From NCBI GenBank assembly GCA_963713825.1, contig CAVQNG010000019.1, positions 1-32,962 on the forward strand: a DNA stretch of 32,962 nucleotides. The letters are read 5' to 3'. Each line of letters begins with the position of its first letter. Position 1 is the stretch's first letter. The position numbers were made by a program, and so were the translations under genes. The notes below the pieces were generated by a model. It did not search any database and was not told the origin of the DNA. It was given only the letters and a program-made list of their open reading frames with translations. Positions 8,356-17,962 of the stretch are shown here, piece by piece. The DNA is from an uncultured Acidobacteriota bacterium. GTDB taxonomy: Bacteria; Acidobacteriota; Thermoanaerobaculia; Multivoradales; JAHEKO01.

Positions 8356-10368
8356 ATGCCTTGGTGCCCGCAATTCAATGATCGAGAGCAATTGATGGCA
8401 CTTGAGAAATCCAACCGAGTTTCGAGGATTCTCGCTCTATCCATCGGCTCGAGTGTCCCTTGGGCTCTCGTCCTAGGTGCCATGGTCCTTCTCTCAATTG
8501 GGACTGGATTCTTCCTGATGACGCCTCCCATGGGAACGTCGCAGACATGGTCTACAGCCACAGGCCTGGCTGGAGTCTTGTTGGCGGCACTTGCCATGGG
8601 CAGTTTTTTCATCGGCGTTCTTCTGCTGCTGCTGTCATGGATACCGAAATTCTCGAATTTGGATAGGTTCGTTCTGCCCTCGGTGGTTGCGGCTCCTCCG
8701 GTTCTGTTCCTCGTCCCAGTTGTCCTCCTGGCGGTCAATGTGATTTTCCTCCGCTTCCGGTACGCGGGTGTGAGCATCGCTACGGACCTGGCTATCCTGG
8801 TGCTAGGAGGCGTCTCCTACCTGCTGATAGTGAAGGGACTGGCGAAGGACTCGAGGCTCTGGGCCTGGGCTGGTTCGAGAGTGTGGCAGATCTGCGGACT
8901 TGTCCTGATTGGGGCCACAGCTCTTTCACTGATCAGCGTCAGAAAGCAGGTTGACCAGCCTCCCCCTGCCAGCGCCGCAGGATCGGTGTTGGAGGATAAG
9001 AGGGGATTCTCCGCCGCTTCGGAAGGCGAACCGAGGCCCTGGAATGTGATCATCCTTTCGATCGACACCCTCAGGCCCGACCATCTTGGTTCATACGGCT
9101 ACGAGCGGCCTGTCTCTCCCAATCTGGACAGTTTTGCCGCCGATGGAATTCGATTTGCGGACGCTTACTCCACCTCTCCCTGGACGCTTCCATCCCATCA
9201 CTCGTTGGTGACAGGGCAATATCCCTCCACACATGGGTCCAACATCTCACCGGTATTTACTAACGACGTGGACAGACTCGCCGCAGACCGGATCACGTTG
9301 GCGGAAGTTCTTCAGGCTGCGGGCTATTCGACCGCAGCCTTTACTTCGGCGGGCCTGGTGGGAAAGGCCTACGGCTTCGACCAGGGCTTCGACACGATGG
9401 ACGATCGTGCCAGGGGATTGGGAATGGCGGGCCGCTGGGGGGCGGCCAGGGACTGGCTGGCTACCGTTGAGGAGTCACCTTTCTTTCTTTTCCTTCATTG
9501 CTTTGATGTGCATGACTATGAGGATCCAACAGGGCCGTCACAGCAATTCGTGCGGCCGTATGACGGCCCTCTCAGGAGCATGTTTGAGAACCACGCTCGG
9601 AGATTTCGTGGCTTCGTCATCTCCAGCGGGTTCTTTTCGTTAGAGAGGCCGGATATCGACTTCCTCGTGGATCTCTACGATGCTGGGATTTTCCGTGTTG
9701 ACCGTGTTTTCGGAGAAATCCTCTCTTATCTCGAGGAAGAAGATCTAGGGGGCAACACTTTGATACTCGTTCTCTCCGATCATGGAGAGGAATTCTGGGA
9801 GCATGGAGGCACCGGGCACGGTTTCACGCTCTATGAGGAACAGCTGAGGATTCCGGCCCTGATGCGATATCCGGGCTCCGCAGAGTCCCTGGTAGTAGAG
9901 CCGAGGGTGAGGATCGTTGACTTCATGCCCACGATTCTGGATCTTTTGCGTCTCCCGGCTCCTGCCGATATCCAGGGAGAGAGCCTTGTCGGGGATCTTG
10001 AAGATCAATCAGAGACCGAGGATCGTCCAGTTTTCGCCGAGGCGTCCCATGTGGGAAACAGTGCCGCCATAATCGTTGGCCAGGAGAAGCTGATTCGAGA
10101 GAAATATCTCTCCAGCGATCTGCTCAATCGCCAACGAGTAATCTACAACTTGAGACAGGTCTTCGCCAGAAAATCGGATCGGGTGTTCGACTTGCGAACG
10201 GGCCCCGACGAGCTGACGCCACTGAACCCTGCTGATCGTGGTCTGGAAGAGGCTCTGGAAGGTCTGCGAGCAGTCAATCGTCAGCAAGGCAAGGCGACAG
10301 CAGACGAGTCTGTTCCGATGGATCAGGAAACGCTGGAGCAGCTTCGCGCTCTCGGCTACCTCGACTAG
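8356..10368 (+). CDS. Membrane-anchored sulfatase-like AlkP-superfamily protein (start may be ATG 8395)
   Basis: About 5 N-terminal TMs, then NVIILSIDTLRPDHLGSYG, TSPWTLPSHHSLVTG, FLFLHCFDVH, LSDHGEEFWEHGG and a LRALGYLD tail. Confidence 0.9.
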   Translation: MPWCPQFNDREQLMALEKSNRVSRILALSIGSSVPWALVLGAMVLLSIGTGFFLMTPPMGTSQTWSTATGLAGVLLAALAMGSFFIGVLLLLLSWIPKFSNLDRFVLPSVVAAPPVLFLVPVVLLAVNVIFLRFRYAGVSIATDLAILVLGGVSYLLIVKGLAKDSRLWAWAGSRVWQICGLVLIGATALSLISVRKQVDQPPPASAAGSVLEDKRGFSAASEGEPRPWNVIILSIDTLRPDHLGSYGYERPVSPNLDSFAADGIRFADAYSTSPWTLPSHHSLVTGQYPSTHGSNISPVFTNDVDRLAADRITLAEVLQAAGYSTAAFTSAGLVGKAYGFDQGFDTMDDRARGLGMAGRWGAARDWLATVEESPFFLFLHCFDVHDYEDPTGPSQQFVRPYDGPLRSMFENHARRFRGFVISSGFFSLERPDIDFLVDLYDAGIFRVDRVFGEILSYLEEEDLGGNTLILVLSDHGEEFWEHGGTGHGFTLYEEQLRIPALMRYPGSAESLVVEPRVRIVDFMPTILDLLRLPAPADIQGESLVGDLEDQSETEDRPVFAEASHVGNSAAIIVGQEKLIREKYLSSDLLNRQRVIYNLRQVFARKSDRVFDLRTGPDELTPLNPADRGLEEALEGLRAVNRQQGKATADESVPMDQETLEQLRALGYLD

Positions 10369-10443
10369 ATGTGATAACAGCCCGGATCTGAGAATGCCAG
10401 TCTCATTCCTGTTAGGAGTTCCTCGAATCTGGAGACTTCTCGC

Positions 10444-12271
10444 ATGAGGACCGCTCTAATCTCAGCCTCCCTGTGGGCCCTGGCTTTTGGGCTCCTGGAG
10501 ACAAGCTACTTCACGAGGGAGAATTTCATCCTCCCTCTGACGGCAGGTCACTTCTGGCTCGTCTTGATTGCCTTCATCGAGTACCTGATCCTGGCCCTGA
10601 TCCCAGTGGTTGCTCTCGCATGGATCTCGAGAAAAGGTGCGGGCGGGACGAATGATGCGCTCAGATGGAGTCTTCCTGGATGGTGGTTGCTGCTGATCTT
10701 GGCCGTCTCGTTTTATCGAACGACGGTAAATCCAACACCTCGGACGCTAGAAGGGACCATCTGGACCTTTCTGGTCGTCGGCCTGATGGTCATCTTGTTG
10801 TGGGGCCTGACCAGGCTGAACGATCGTTTTCCAGGTCTGGCCAAGAGGCTCTCTGTGTTCGGGGCCATCACGCTCTCGGTCGTTGGCCTCATCGGTCTGC
10901 TCTCGACCCTCAGGCGGCCGTCAGCCGCCGTTGGGTCAACCGGCGGTGCAGAGCCGATTTCCTCGTTGGACACCTGCTCCGATTGCCCCAAGGTCCTCTT
11001 GATTGGACTCGATGGCGGGGACTGGAAGGTGTTCGATCCGATGATCGAGAGGGGTGAGCTGCCGACCTTCGAGAGACTGGTTCGTAGCGGTGTATCGGCT
11101 CGTTTGAAGACTGTTATGCCAACCAGTTCACCGCTGCTATGGACGAGCATCGCATCGGGCAAGTCGGTAGCCAAGCATGGGATTCACGGACCACACCCGC
11201 ACTCAGTTGCCCCTTGGGTTGCCCCCGGCACCGATGCAGGCGAAGTGGTTTCGCACCCTCACCAAGCCAACGAGGCTGGCTCTGCGATACCTTCAGCGTG
11301 TCCACCCATTCACCCCCCTTGGCCTGGCATCGAGCCAGGTGGAGGCGATCCGAATCTGGGAGATCCTCGATCTCTTCGGCCTGCAGTCGATCGTCTTGGA
11401 TTGGTACGTCAGCCATCCGGTGACGCTGCAGAACGGCATTCAGGTCTCGCACCGGTTTCACACAAAGAAGGGAGCGGTCTCCGAGACCCCGGGACTCGTG
11501 CATCCACCGGAGTTGTCGACGATTTTAGAGCCAGAGATCGTCACGCCGGAAGAGCTCGACGACAAGATTGTCTGGGGGCTTCTGGACGCAGACAACTTGG
11601 ACAAAGCGGCGAGAGATGGGCTCGAGCAGGAAAGACAGCAGTGGTTCAAGGCTATACGTTGGGAGATGGCGAGGGACCTTACGACGAAGGCGGTCGCTAG
11701 CACGGCCTTCCCCCTGGTACCTGACTGGAGATTCGCTGGGGTCTACTACCGAGCGATGGACATCAGTCACCACCTTGCATGGCAGTATATGGATCTCGAG
11801 AAACCTGAAGATCTTTCAGTCGATTCGGATTGGCGATTTCGAGAGGTTGTGGAGCGGTACTATCGATATTGTGATTCCCTGCTGGCTGCAACTTTGGAGC
11901 ATGCTGATGAAAACACCGTCGTCATCGTGCTGTCGGATCATGGCTGGGAAGACACTGTGCGTGCGCACGACTTCGCCCCAGATGGATTCCTGATCATGGC
12001 TGGAGAACCGATCAAGAGCTCGAGCGAGCGGTTGGATATCCACATCTATGACATTGTCCCAACGGTCCTCGCCTTGCTGGGTCTTCCCGTGGCAGAAGAT
12101 GTGGATGGAATGGTGGCGACCCAATTTGTGGAGGACTGGTTCTGGAAGCGACATCCCATAAACAGGATCGCCAGCTACGAGTGGGAGAGTAAAGCTCGAG
12201 TTGCAGGCGAAGAAGTCGAGCTCGACGAAGAGACAAAGGAGCATCTCAGAGCCCTCGGCTACCTCGAGTAG
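10444..12271 (+). CDS. Membrane-anchored type I phosphodiesterase/nucleotide pyrophosphatase-family (AlkP) protein, about 608 aa, frameshifted near 11183-11185
   Basis: ORF 10444 gives about 5 TMs plus KVLLIGLDGGDW...PTSSPLLWTSIASGK..KHGI. ORF 11177 gives DISHH, VLSDHG, IYDIVPTVLALLG and LRALGYLE. Removing one base in gggattcacg joins them as KHGITDHTRT. Confidence 0.85.
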
Positions 12272-12301
12272 TAGGCCCTCTGAAGTCATCAGGAGTCACG
12301 A

Positions 12302-13321
12302 ATGCCCGACAGAGAGGAGTACATTCCCGACAGCGAGCGAATCTGTGTGGTGATTCCCTGCTATCGGGTGGCACAGTTCATCGAGAAGGTGATTCGGCAG
12401 CTGCCGCCATGGGTCTCCAAGGTCGTCGCCGTCGATGACTGCAGCCCGGATGAGACGGTCGAAGTTCTCGAGCGGATCGACGACCCTCGGCTGGTATTGG
12501 TGCGTCACGGGAAGAACCAGGGGGTCGGCGGCGCCATGCTCACCGGCTATCGAAAGGGAATCGAGGAAGGTGCGACGATACTAGTCAAGATGGATGGAGA
12601 CGATCAGATGCCGGTCGAGCATCTGTACTCCTTGGTCCAGCCAATCGTCTCGGGTAGGTCCGACTATTCGAAGGCGAATCGCTTCGTCCAGACCGGGCCG
12701 CTCCAGCAGATGCCCCTCCTGCGCCGAATGGGAAATCTCGGCCTATCCTTCTTGACCAAGGCGGCCAGCGGTTATTGGAACATCTTCGATCCTACGAACG
12801 GGTATACAGCCATCGATGCCGATGTACTCGAGTCCATTGACGACAGCCAGGTGCACCGCGGCTACTTCTTCGAGAGCGGCATGCTCATCGAGCTCAATCT
12901 CCAGAGGGCCGTCGTTGCCGATGTGGACGTCCCTGCCAGGTATGGCGACGAGGAGAGCTCACTTTCGATCTTGAAAACTCTCATCGAGTTTCCAGTGCAT
13001 CTCTTCCGACTCTTTCTACGGAGGGTTTGGCAGCGGTACTTCGTCCGGAATTTCTCGGTGGCGTCGCTCTTCCTCGTTGTGGGTCTGATTTTGATGATCT
13101 TCGGTGCGACTTGGGGCGCGGTCTTCTGGGCCATCTCGATCGAGACGGGTGTTCCGGCAACCACCGGAACCGTGATGATCGCGGTCCTACCGATCATGTT
13201 GGGATTCCAACTCCTGCTGCAGTTCGTGGTCTTCGATGTTCAAGACGTCCCCAGGCAGGCGAAAGCTCGGCGTGCCGAATCACGGCGTCTAGCAGCTGTC
13301 GAGCAGTTGCGCAGGCGGTAA
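12302..13321 (+). CDS. GT2 Dol-P-Man-synthase-like polyprenyl-phosphate glycosyltransferase
   Basis: ICVVIPCY, VDDCSPD, NQGVGGA, KMDGDDQM, DPTNGYTA, two C-terminal TMs. Confidence 0.9.
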   Translation: MPDREEYIPDSERICVVIPCYRVAQFIEKVIRQLPPWVSKVVAVDDCSPDETVEVLERIDDPRLVLVRHGKNQGVGGAMLTGYRKGIEEGATILVKMDGDDQMPVEHLYSLVQPIVSGRSDYSKANRFVQTGPLQQMPLLRRMGNLGLSFLTKAASGYWNIFDPTNGYTAIDADVLESIDDSQVHRGYFFESGMLIELNLQRAVVADVDVPARYGDEESSLSILKTLIEFPVHLFRLFLRRVWQRYFVRNFSVASLFLVVGLILMIFGATWGAVFWAISIETGVPATTGTVMIAVLPIMLGFQLLLQFVVFDVQDVPRQAKARRAESRRLAAVEQLRRR

Positions 13322-13322
13322 A

Positions 13323-14912
13323 TCAGTCCAGTGGTGTTTCAAGTACCGGAGTGGTAATTCGATCGATGCCTTCCGATCCGATCGCATAGACGCGCAGTCC
13401 GGGTTCGTTCTCGGCATCTTCGTAGATCGGTGCTGAGAGGAAGGAGTTCATCCTCTCGCGGGCTTCTTGCCATTCGATGTTCTTCTCGAAGAACCTGCGA
13501 TCGTCAACAACGAGCAGGACCCTCTTGTCTGACATGGTGGACCACGTTCCTTGGTCTGAAAGTCCGGGCGGGTAGGTCCAGGGCCTCCTAGAGTAGTAGC
13601 CCACTTGGGACTGCGAAGTGAGGACAATGGTGTCCTCGGCGCTGTTTTCGGCAATCCACTGCCCGGCACGTACGAACTCGAGCCCACCCATGGAGTCCAT
13701 TCGTTTCGAGTGGATCACGGTGATGGAAAGGAGAAAAGCCAGTGTGCCGGCCACCATGACGGGTGTGGCGGACCGTGGGGCAAGGCCCTTCAATTCTCTT
13801 GAGACAGCCAGGATGCCTCGTGCGCACCACAGAAACGCCATGGCGGCGTAGGGCGCTACGTACCGGGTTTCCGAATAGTAGAACGGTAAGTAGAGGGCGA
13901 GAGGCAAGATCGCAGCCAGGATCAGCAGGTGTGCAGCCAGGATCCTGCGGCCACCCGAGGCAGAAAACAACCACCCGGCCCCGATGAAGGGAAGCAGCAG
14001 GATAGGGAACCCGGTCCAGGTGAAAAGTACAGATGGCACGACATCCAGGTTCTCAACTGCGGCTGCCGCGATGCACTGAGGCTCGTTGAGGGCCAGTTGT
14101 GTCAGGGACTCATAGCTGTGGAGGTCTCGGCTGGGGTTGCAGTCTGGAGGAAAGACCAGGAAATCGAAGAGCGCTCCGTGGGCCTCCCCGGTCCCGTGAG
14201 AGATGGTACTAACGAAGAGTCCATAGCCAATGTAGAGGGCGAGGAATCCGAGGAGGAATGCTCCAGTATTCTTGAGCGCGGCCTTCGGTCCTGACAGCAG
14301 ATAGGAACCGACTAGCAGGAAAACCATCACGGTCGGTACGACGAGCAGCCCGTCAGCGCGCGCCCACCAGCAGAGGCCGATGGCAAGGCCGCCCAGTAGC
14401 GCCATCGAGAACCTGTCTTGTTCGGCCGCCTCCCAGGCAAGCCAGCAGCCGCCTATGAAGAAAGGAAGGAAGAGAGTGTGCGAGATCGAGGATGCCAGAA
14501 GAGAAGTCAGTGCTGGGGCCACTGTCGCCAGGGCAGCTGCCAGTAGGCCCGCGTCAGGGCCGAACAACCTTCGTCCGAGAAGGCCGATGAGGCCTACAGA
14601 GAGCATTCCCAGCGTTATGAAGAGGAACTTCGAAGCGACGAGCTCGTCGCCGAAGATTCGGGTCAGTGCCTGCGGTGCCAGGTAGGAGAAGGGGTGGAAC
14701 TTTGCTGCGTAGCCAGCCAACTCGGACTGGAGATATCCTTTTCCCTCGGTGGCATTGCGAGCGATCATGAGGTAGTTGGCTTCGTCGTAGCCAATCCACT
14801 CGCGGTGCACCGAGATCGCTGTTCTTACGAGTCCTCCCGCCATGACGATCAGGAGAAGAAACGAGGCAAATCTGCGTTTTGATTCGTGCATGGACTGGCT
14901 CGGCCGAAGCAA
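13323..14912 (-). CDS. ArnT/GT39-like GT-C glycosyltransferase (start TTG 14912 or ATG 14891)
   Basis: WIGYDEANYLMIARN loop after TM1, GRRLFG..AGLLAA, WARADG, ETRYVAP, about 11 TMs. Confidence 0.82.
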   Translation of the reverse strand: MLRPSQSMHESKRRFASFLLLIVMAGGLVRTAISVHREWIGYDEANYLMIARNATEGKGYLQSELAGYAAKFHPFSYLAPQALTRIFGDELVASKFLFITLGMLSVGLIGLLGRRLFGPDAGLLAAALATVAPALTSLLASSISHTLFLPFFIGGCWLAWEAAEQDRFSMALLGGLAIGLCWWARADGLLVVPTVMVFLLVGSYLLSGPKAALKNTGAFLLGFLALYIGYGLFVSTISHGTGEAHGALFDFLVFPPDCNPSRDLHSYESLTQLALNEPQCIAAAAVENLDVVPSVLFTWTGFPILLLPFIGAGWLFSASGGRRILAAHLLILAAILPLALYLPFYYSETRYVAPYAAMAFLWCARGILAVSRELKGLAPRSATPVMVAGTLAFLLSITVIHSKRMDSMGGLEFVRAGQWIAENSAEDTIVLTSQSQVGYYSRRPWTYPPGLSDQGTWSTMSDKRVLLVVDDRRFFEKNIEWQEARERMNSFLSAPIYEDAENEPGLRVYAIGSEGIDRITTPVLETPLD

Positions 14913-14918
14913 AGAGGG

Positions 14919-14927
14919 ATCTTAGCA
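14919..14927 (-). promoter_or_regulatory. Extended -10 promoter element (TGnTAAGAT)
   Basis: Minus strand reads TGCTAAGAT, then 6 nt (CCCTCT), then the TTG at 14912. Confidence 0.45.
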
Positions 14928-15096
14928 CCGCGGCCCGAGAGGTCTAAGTCTCATTCATGTTGGAGCAGCAAGGATCCCTAGTTCCTTGGGTAATCTGAAG
15001 ACTCAAAGGATGAGGACGGGCAGCTTCGTGGCAAACGTAGGAGGCACACCTGAAAGTCTAGGGGCGGAGGAAATCCATAGCCAGTGACCAATAAGA

Positions 15097-15126
15097 TTGA
15101 CGGAATCGGATATGTAGGGTATCTAT
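15097..15126 (+). promoter_or_regulatory. Candidate sigma70 promoter for the priming transferase
   Basis: TTGACG (15097-15102), 17 nt, TATCTA(T), in a locally AT-rich patch of the divergent intergenic region; the -10 is imperfect. Confidence 0.35.
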
Positions 15127-15184
15127 TCGGAGTCAGGCGGCCGGGGGGGCAGCAGCAAGGCGGCCTGGGACGGGTACCTGGCGG

Positions 15185-16621
15185 ATGAGGATCCGACGAA
15201 AGATCATCTTTGCATTCTGGAAAGCCACAGACCTGGTTCTGATGGTTTTGGCTTTCGGTCTGTCGATCTGGATCTCGATTCTCCAACCCCAAGGGATCTC
15301 GTTTGGCAAGCTCCTATCTGTCCGGCTGAAGCTCTCCAACATCTTTCTATTTCTAGCCTTCCTGCTGCTGTGGCACCTGGTGCTCTCGTGGCTCGGGCTG
15401 TATCGGTCCCACAGATTACAGAGCTATGGCCGGGAGGCCTTGGACGTTTTCAAGGCGACATCGATAGGGACTGTCGCCATCTTCAATGCCGGAATCCTGT
15501 TCGATATTCAGATCATCACAGCCAAGTTTACGATTGTCTTCTGGGTTCTCAGTACCGGACTGACCCTGCTGTCACGCCTCATGTTGCGAGGAGTCCTGGA
15601 GTCGGCTCGACGGCACGGCCGAAACCTACGCAATGTCTTGATCGTTGGAACGAACGAACGGGCCCTGGCATTTGCGGAGCGACTTCGGGCGCACCCCGAA
15701 GCAGGACTGACGGTTCTGGGATTCGCTGACAAGCCCTGGCACGGATTGGAGGCCCTGGCTTCCAAAGGAGAGAAGTTTGTCTGTTCGCTGGACGATCTCG
15801 AGTCCTTTCTCAGGACCTCCGTCGTCGACGAAGTCGTCCTGTGCCTGCCGGCTCCGTCCTGCTACTTCGACTCCGAACGAGTGGTTGAAGCGTGTGAAAA
15901 GCAGGGCATCACGGTCCGCTTGCTCGGGGCCTTCTTCAACGTCAAGCTCGCGAGCGCGAGAGTCGAAACCTTCTACGATCAGCCCTTGATCACCCTGTCG
16001 ACCGGCAAGATGGAGGGCGGGCCGGTTGCTGTCAAGAGGATCCTGGACATCGTCGTCTCCGGTACCCTGATGGTCTTGTTGGCTCCTGTATTCCTCGGGA
16101 TCTCTCTGGCCATCAAGCTGGGCTCGAAGGGCCCCATACTGTTCGTCCAGGAGCGCATCGGACTCGGCAAGAGGCGCTTTCCCCTATACAAGTTCCGCAC
16201 CATGGTGACCGATGCCGAGGCCAGGCAAGGAGATCTTGAGCACCTCAACGAGGCCAGTGGTCCGGTCTTCAAGATCGAGAACGATCCACGAATCACCAAG
16301 CTAGGTGGCTTCTTGAGACGTACCAGTCTCGATGAGTTGCCCCAGCTGACAAATGTCTTCCTGGGCGACATGAGCCTGGTGGGACCGAGACCTCTACCTG
16401 TCCGTGACTACGAGGGGTTCAGTGAAGATTGGCACCGCCGCCGATTCAGCGTACGGCCCGGCCTCACGTGTCTCTGGCAGATCCAGGGAAGAAGCCGGGT
16501 GACCTTCGAGCGGTGGATGGAGCTGGATATGCAGTACATCGACGAGTGGTCACTGTGGCTGGACATGAAGATCCTCGCCAAGACAGTGCCCGTAGTGATC
16601 AAGGGGACCGGGGCCGCCTAG
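15185..16621 (+). CDS. Polyprenyl-phosphate hexose-1-phosphate transferase (WcaJ/WbaP/CpsE-type priming transferase)
   Basis: 4 N-terminal TMs, NVLIVG CoA-binding-like domain, KRILD, KFRTM, DPRITKLGGFLRRTSLDELPQL, GDMSLVGPRP, PGLTCLWQI. Confidence 0.95.
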   Translation: MRIRRKIIFAFWKATDLVLMVLAFGLSIWISILQPQGISFGKLLSVRLKLSNIFLFLAFLLLWHLVLSWLGLYRSHRLQSYGREALDVFKATSIGTVAIFNAGILFDIQIITAKFTIVFWVLSTGLTLLSRLMLRGVLESARRHGRNLRNVLIVGTNERALAFAERLRAHPEAGLTVLGFADKPWHGLEALASKGEKFVCSLDDLESFLRTSVVDEVVLCLPAPSCYFDSERVVEACEKQGITVRLLGAFFNVKLASARVETFYDQPLITLSTGKMEGGPVAVKRILDIVVSGTLMVLLAPVFLGISLAIKLGSKGPILFVQERIGLGKRRFPLYKFRTMVTDAEARQGDLEHLNEASGPVFKIENDPRITKLGGFLRRTSLDELPQLTNVFLGDMSLVGPRPLPVRDYEGFSEDWHRRRFSVRPGLTCLWQIQGRSRVTFERWMELDMQYIDEWSLWLDMKILAKTVPVVIKGTGAA

Positions 16622-16779
16622 TCGACCTCGGGACCTCTTCCCACCCCTGCACATTCGCTTCACCTTCTGTAGTTGTATCGGGTTGCGCTGACAAGTGATT
16701 TGCGCTCGGGGTAGGCTTGTCGGTGCTGCGGCACCTGGTCTGGGTCAAAGACCAGCGGCCAGCTATTCCAGAGCCACCC

Positions 16780-17922
16780 ATGATCCCGACTGAGACCAAA
16801 CTGAAGATCGCCTTCATCGGTGCCCGCGGTGTCGGAGGCACCTACAGCGGCATCGAGACTTACTACGAGGAGGTGGGCTCCCGTTTGGCGGCTCGGGGCC
16901 ATGAGGTGACGGCCTACTGCCGGACCTACTTCACGCCTGAGACGGATAGTTACCGCGGGATTCGTGTTCGGCGCCTTCCTTCGCTCCGTAGCAAGCACCT
17001 GGAGACCCTCTCGCACAGTGTGCTTTCTACCTTGGATGCGCTCTTCCGCGGCTACGACATCGTCCAGTTCCACGCTCTCGGATCGGCTCCCTTATCGATC
17101 CTGCCGCGAGTCCTCGGCAAGAAGACCGTGGTGTCGGTTAGAGGACTCGATTGGCAACGGGAGAAGTGGGGGAGGTTGGCGCGGTGGGTGCTTCAGGCCG
17201 GCGAGTGGGCCTCCGTGCGACTTCCGAGCGCGACCACTGTGGTCTCCGAGACTTTGCGAGACCATTACAAGGACCGGCACGGTCGAGAGACCGAGGTGAT
17301 TGCCAATGCTGTCATCCCGGCGGCCCCGCGACCTGTGAACAAGATTGCCGAGTTCGGACTGGAGAAGGACCAGTTTCTACTGTTTGTTGGTCGGATCTCA
17401 CCCGAGAAGGGAGTTCATACACTTCTAGCGGCGCTCGAGCCGCTGCCGAGGACCAAGAAGCTGGTTCTAGCTGGCGGTAGCAGCTACTCCGACTCCTATA
17501 TCGAAAGCGTTAAAGAGATGGCCTGGGGGGATGTGCTCTTCCTAGGGAAGGTCGATCACGAGACCATTCAAGAGCTGCTCAGCAACTGCTACGCCTTTGT
17601 TCTGCCCTCGACCATCGAGGGGCTGTCGATCGCGCTTCTCGAAGCCCTGAGCTTTGGTACTTGCATCCTCACAACCTCGATACCCGAGAACCTCGAAGTA
17701 GTCGGAGAGGCAGCGTTGGTCTTTCCACCAGAGGATGTGGATACGCTTCAGGACCGCTTGAAGGCAATCCTGGATTCGCCAGAACTGGTTCAGAAGCATC
17801 GCAATCTCACCGCGAAGAGGGCGGATGGATGGCCCAACTGGGACGGGGTGACCGATCAAACCGAGGCCCTTTATCGCAGGCTCGTCGCCGTCCACCCAAA
17901 CTTGTCGAGTTACGAGGGCTAA
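16780..17922 (+). CDS. GT4 glycosyltransferase
   Basis: KIAFIGARG..YSGIE, FVGRISPEKG, EGLSIALLEA (EX7E). Start re-called at ATG 16780. Confidence 0.92.
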   Translation: MIPTETKLKIAFIGARGVGGTYSGIETYYEEVGSRLAARGHEVTAYCRTYFTPETDSYRGIRVRRLPSLRSKHLETLSHSVLSTLDALFRGYDIVQFHALGSAPLSILPRVLGKKTVVSVRGLDWQREKWGRLARWVLQAGEWASVRLPSATTVVSETLRDHYKDRHGRETEVIANAVIPAAPRPVNKIAEFGLEKDQFLLFVGRISPEKGVHTLLAALEPLPRTKKLVLAGGSSYSDSYIESVKEMAWGDVLFLGKVDHETIQELLSNCYAFVLPSTIEGLSIALLEALSFGTCILTTSIPENLEVVGEAALVFPPEDVDTLQDRLKAILDSPELVQKHRNLTAKRADGWPNWDGVTDQTEALYRRLVAVHPNLSSYEG

Positions 17923-17962
17923 TCTGGGGCCAAGCTCCAATAGACGCGGCTCGCCCTGAACT

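Noticed and set aside
11186-11700. Pro/Gly/Arg-rich C-terminus of ORF 10444..11700
   Set aside because: Out-of-frame read-through after the frameshift; the conserved motifs continue in the 11177 frame.
12305-12335. Short direct repeat CCCGACAG at the GT2 start
   Set aside because: Only two 8-nt copies; compatible with chance or a trivial micro-duplication.
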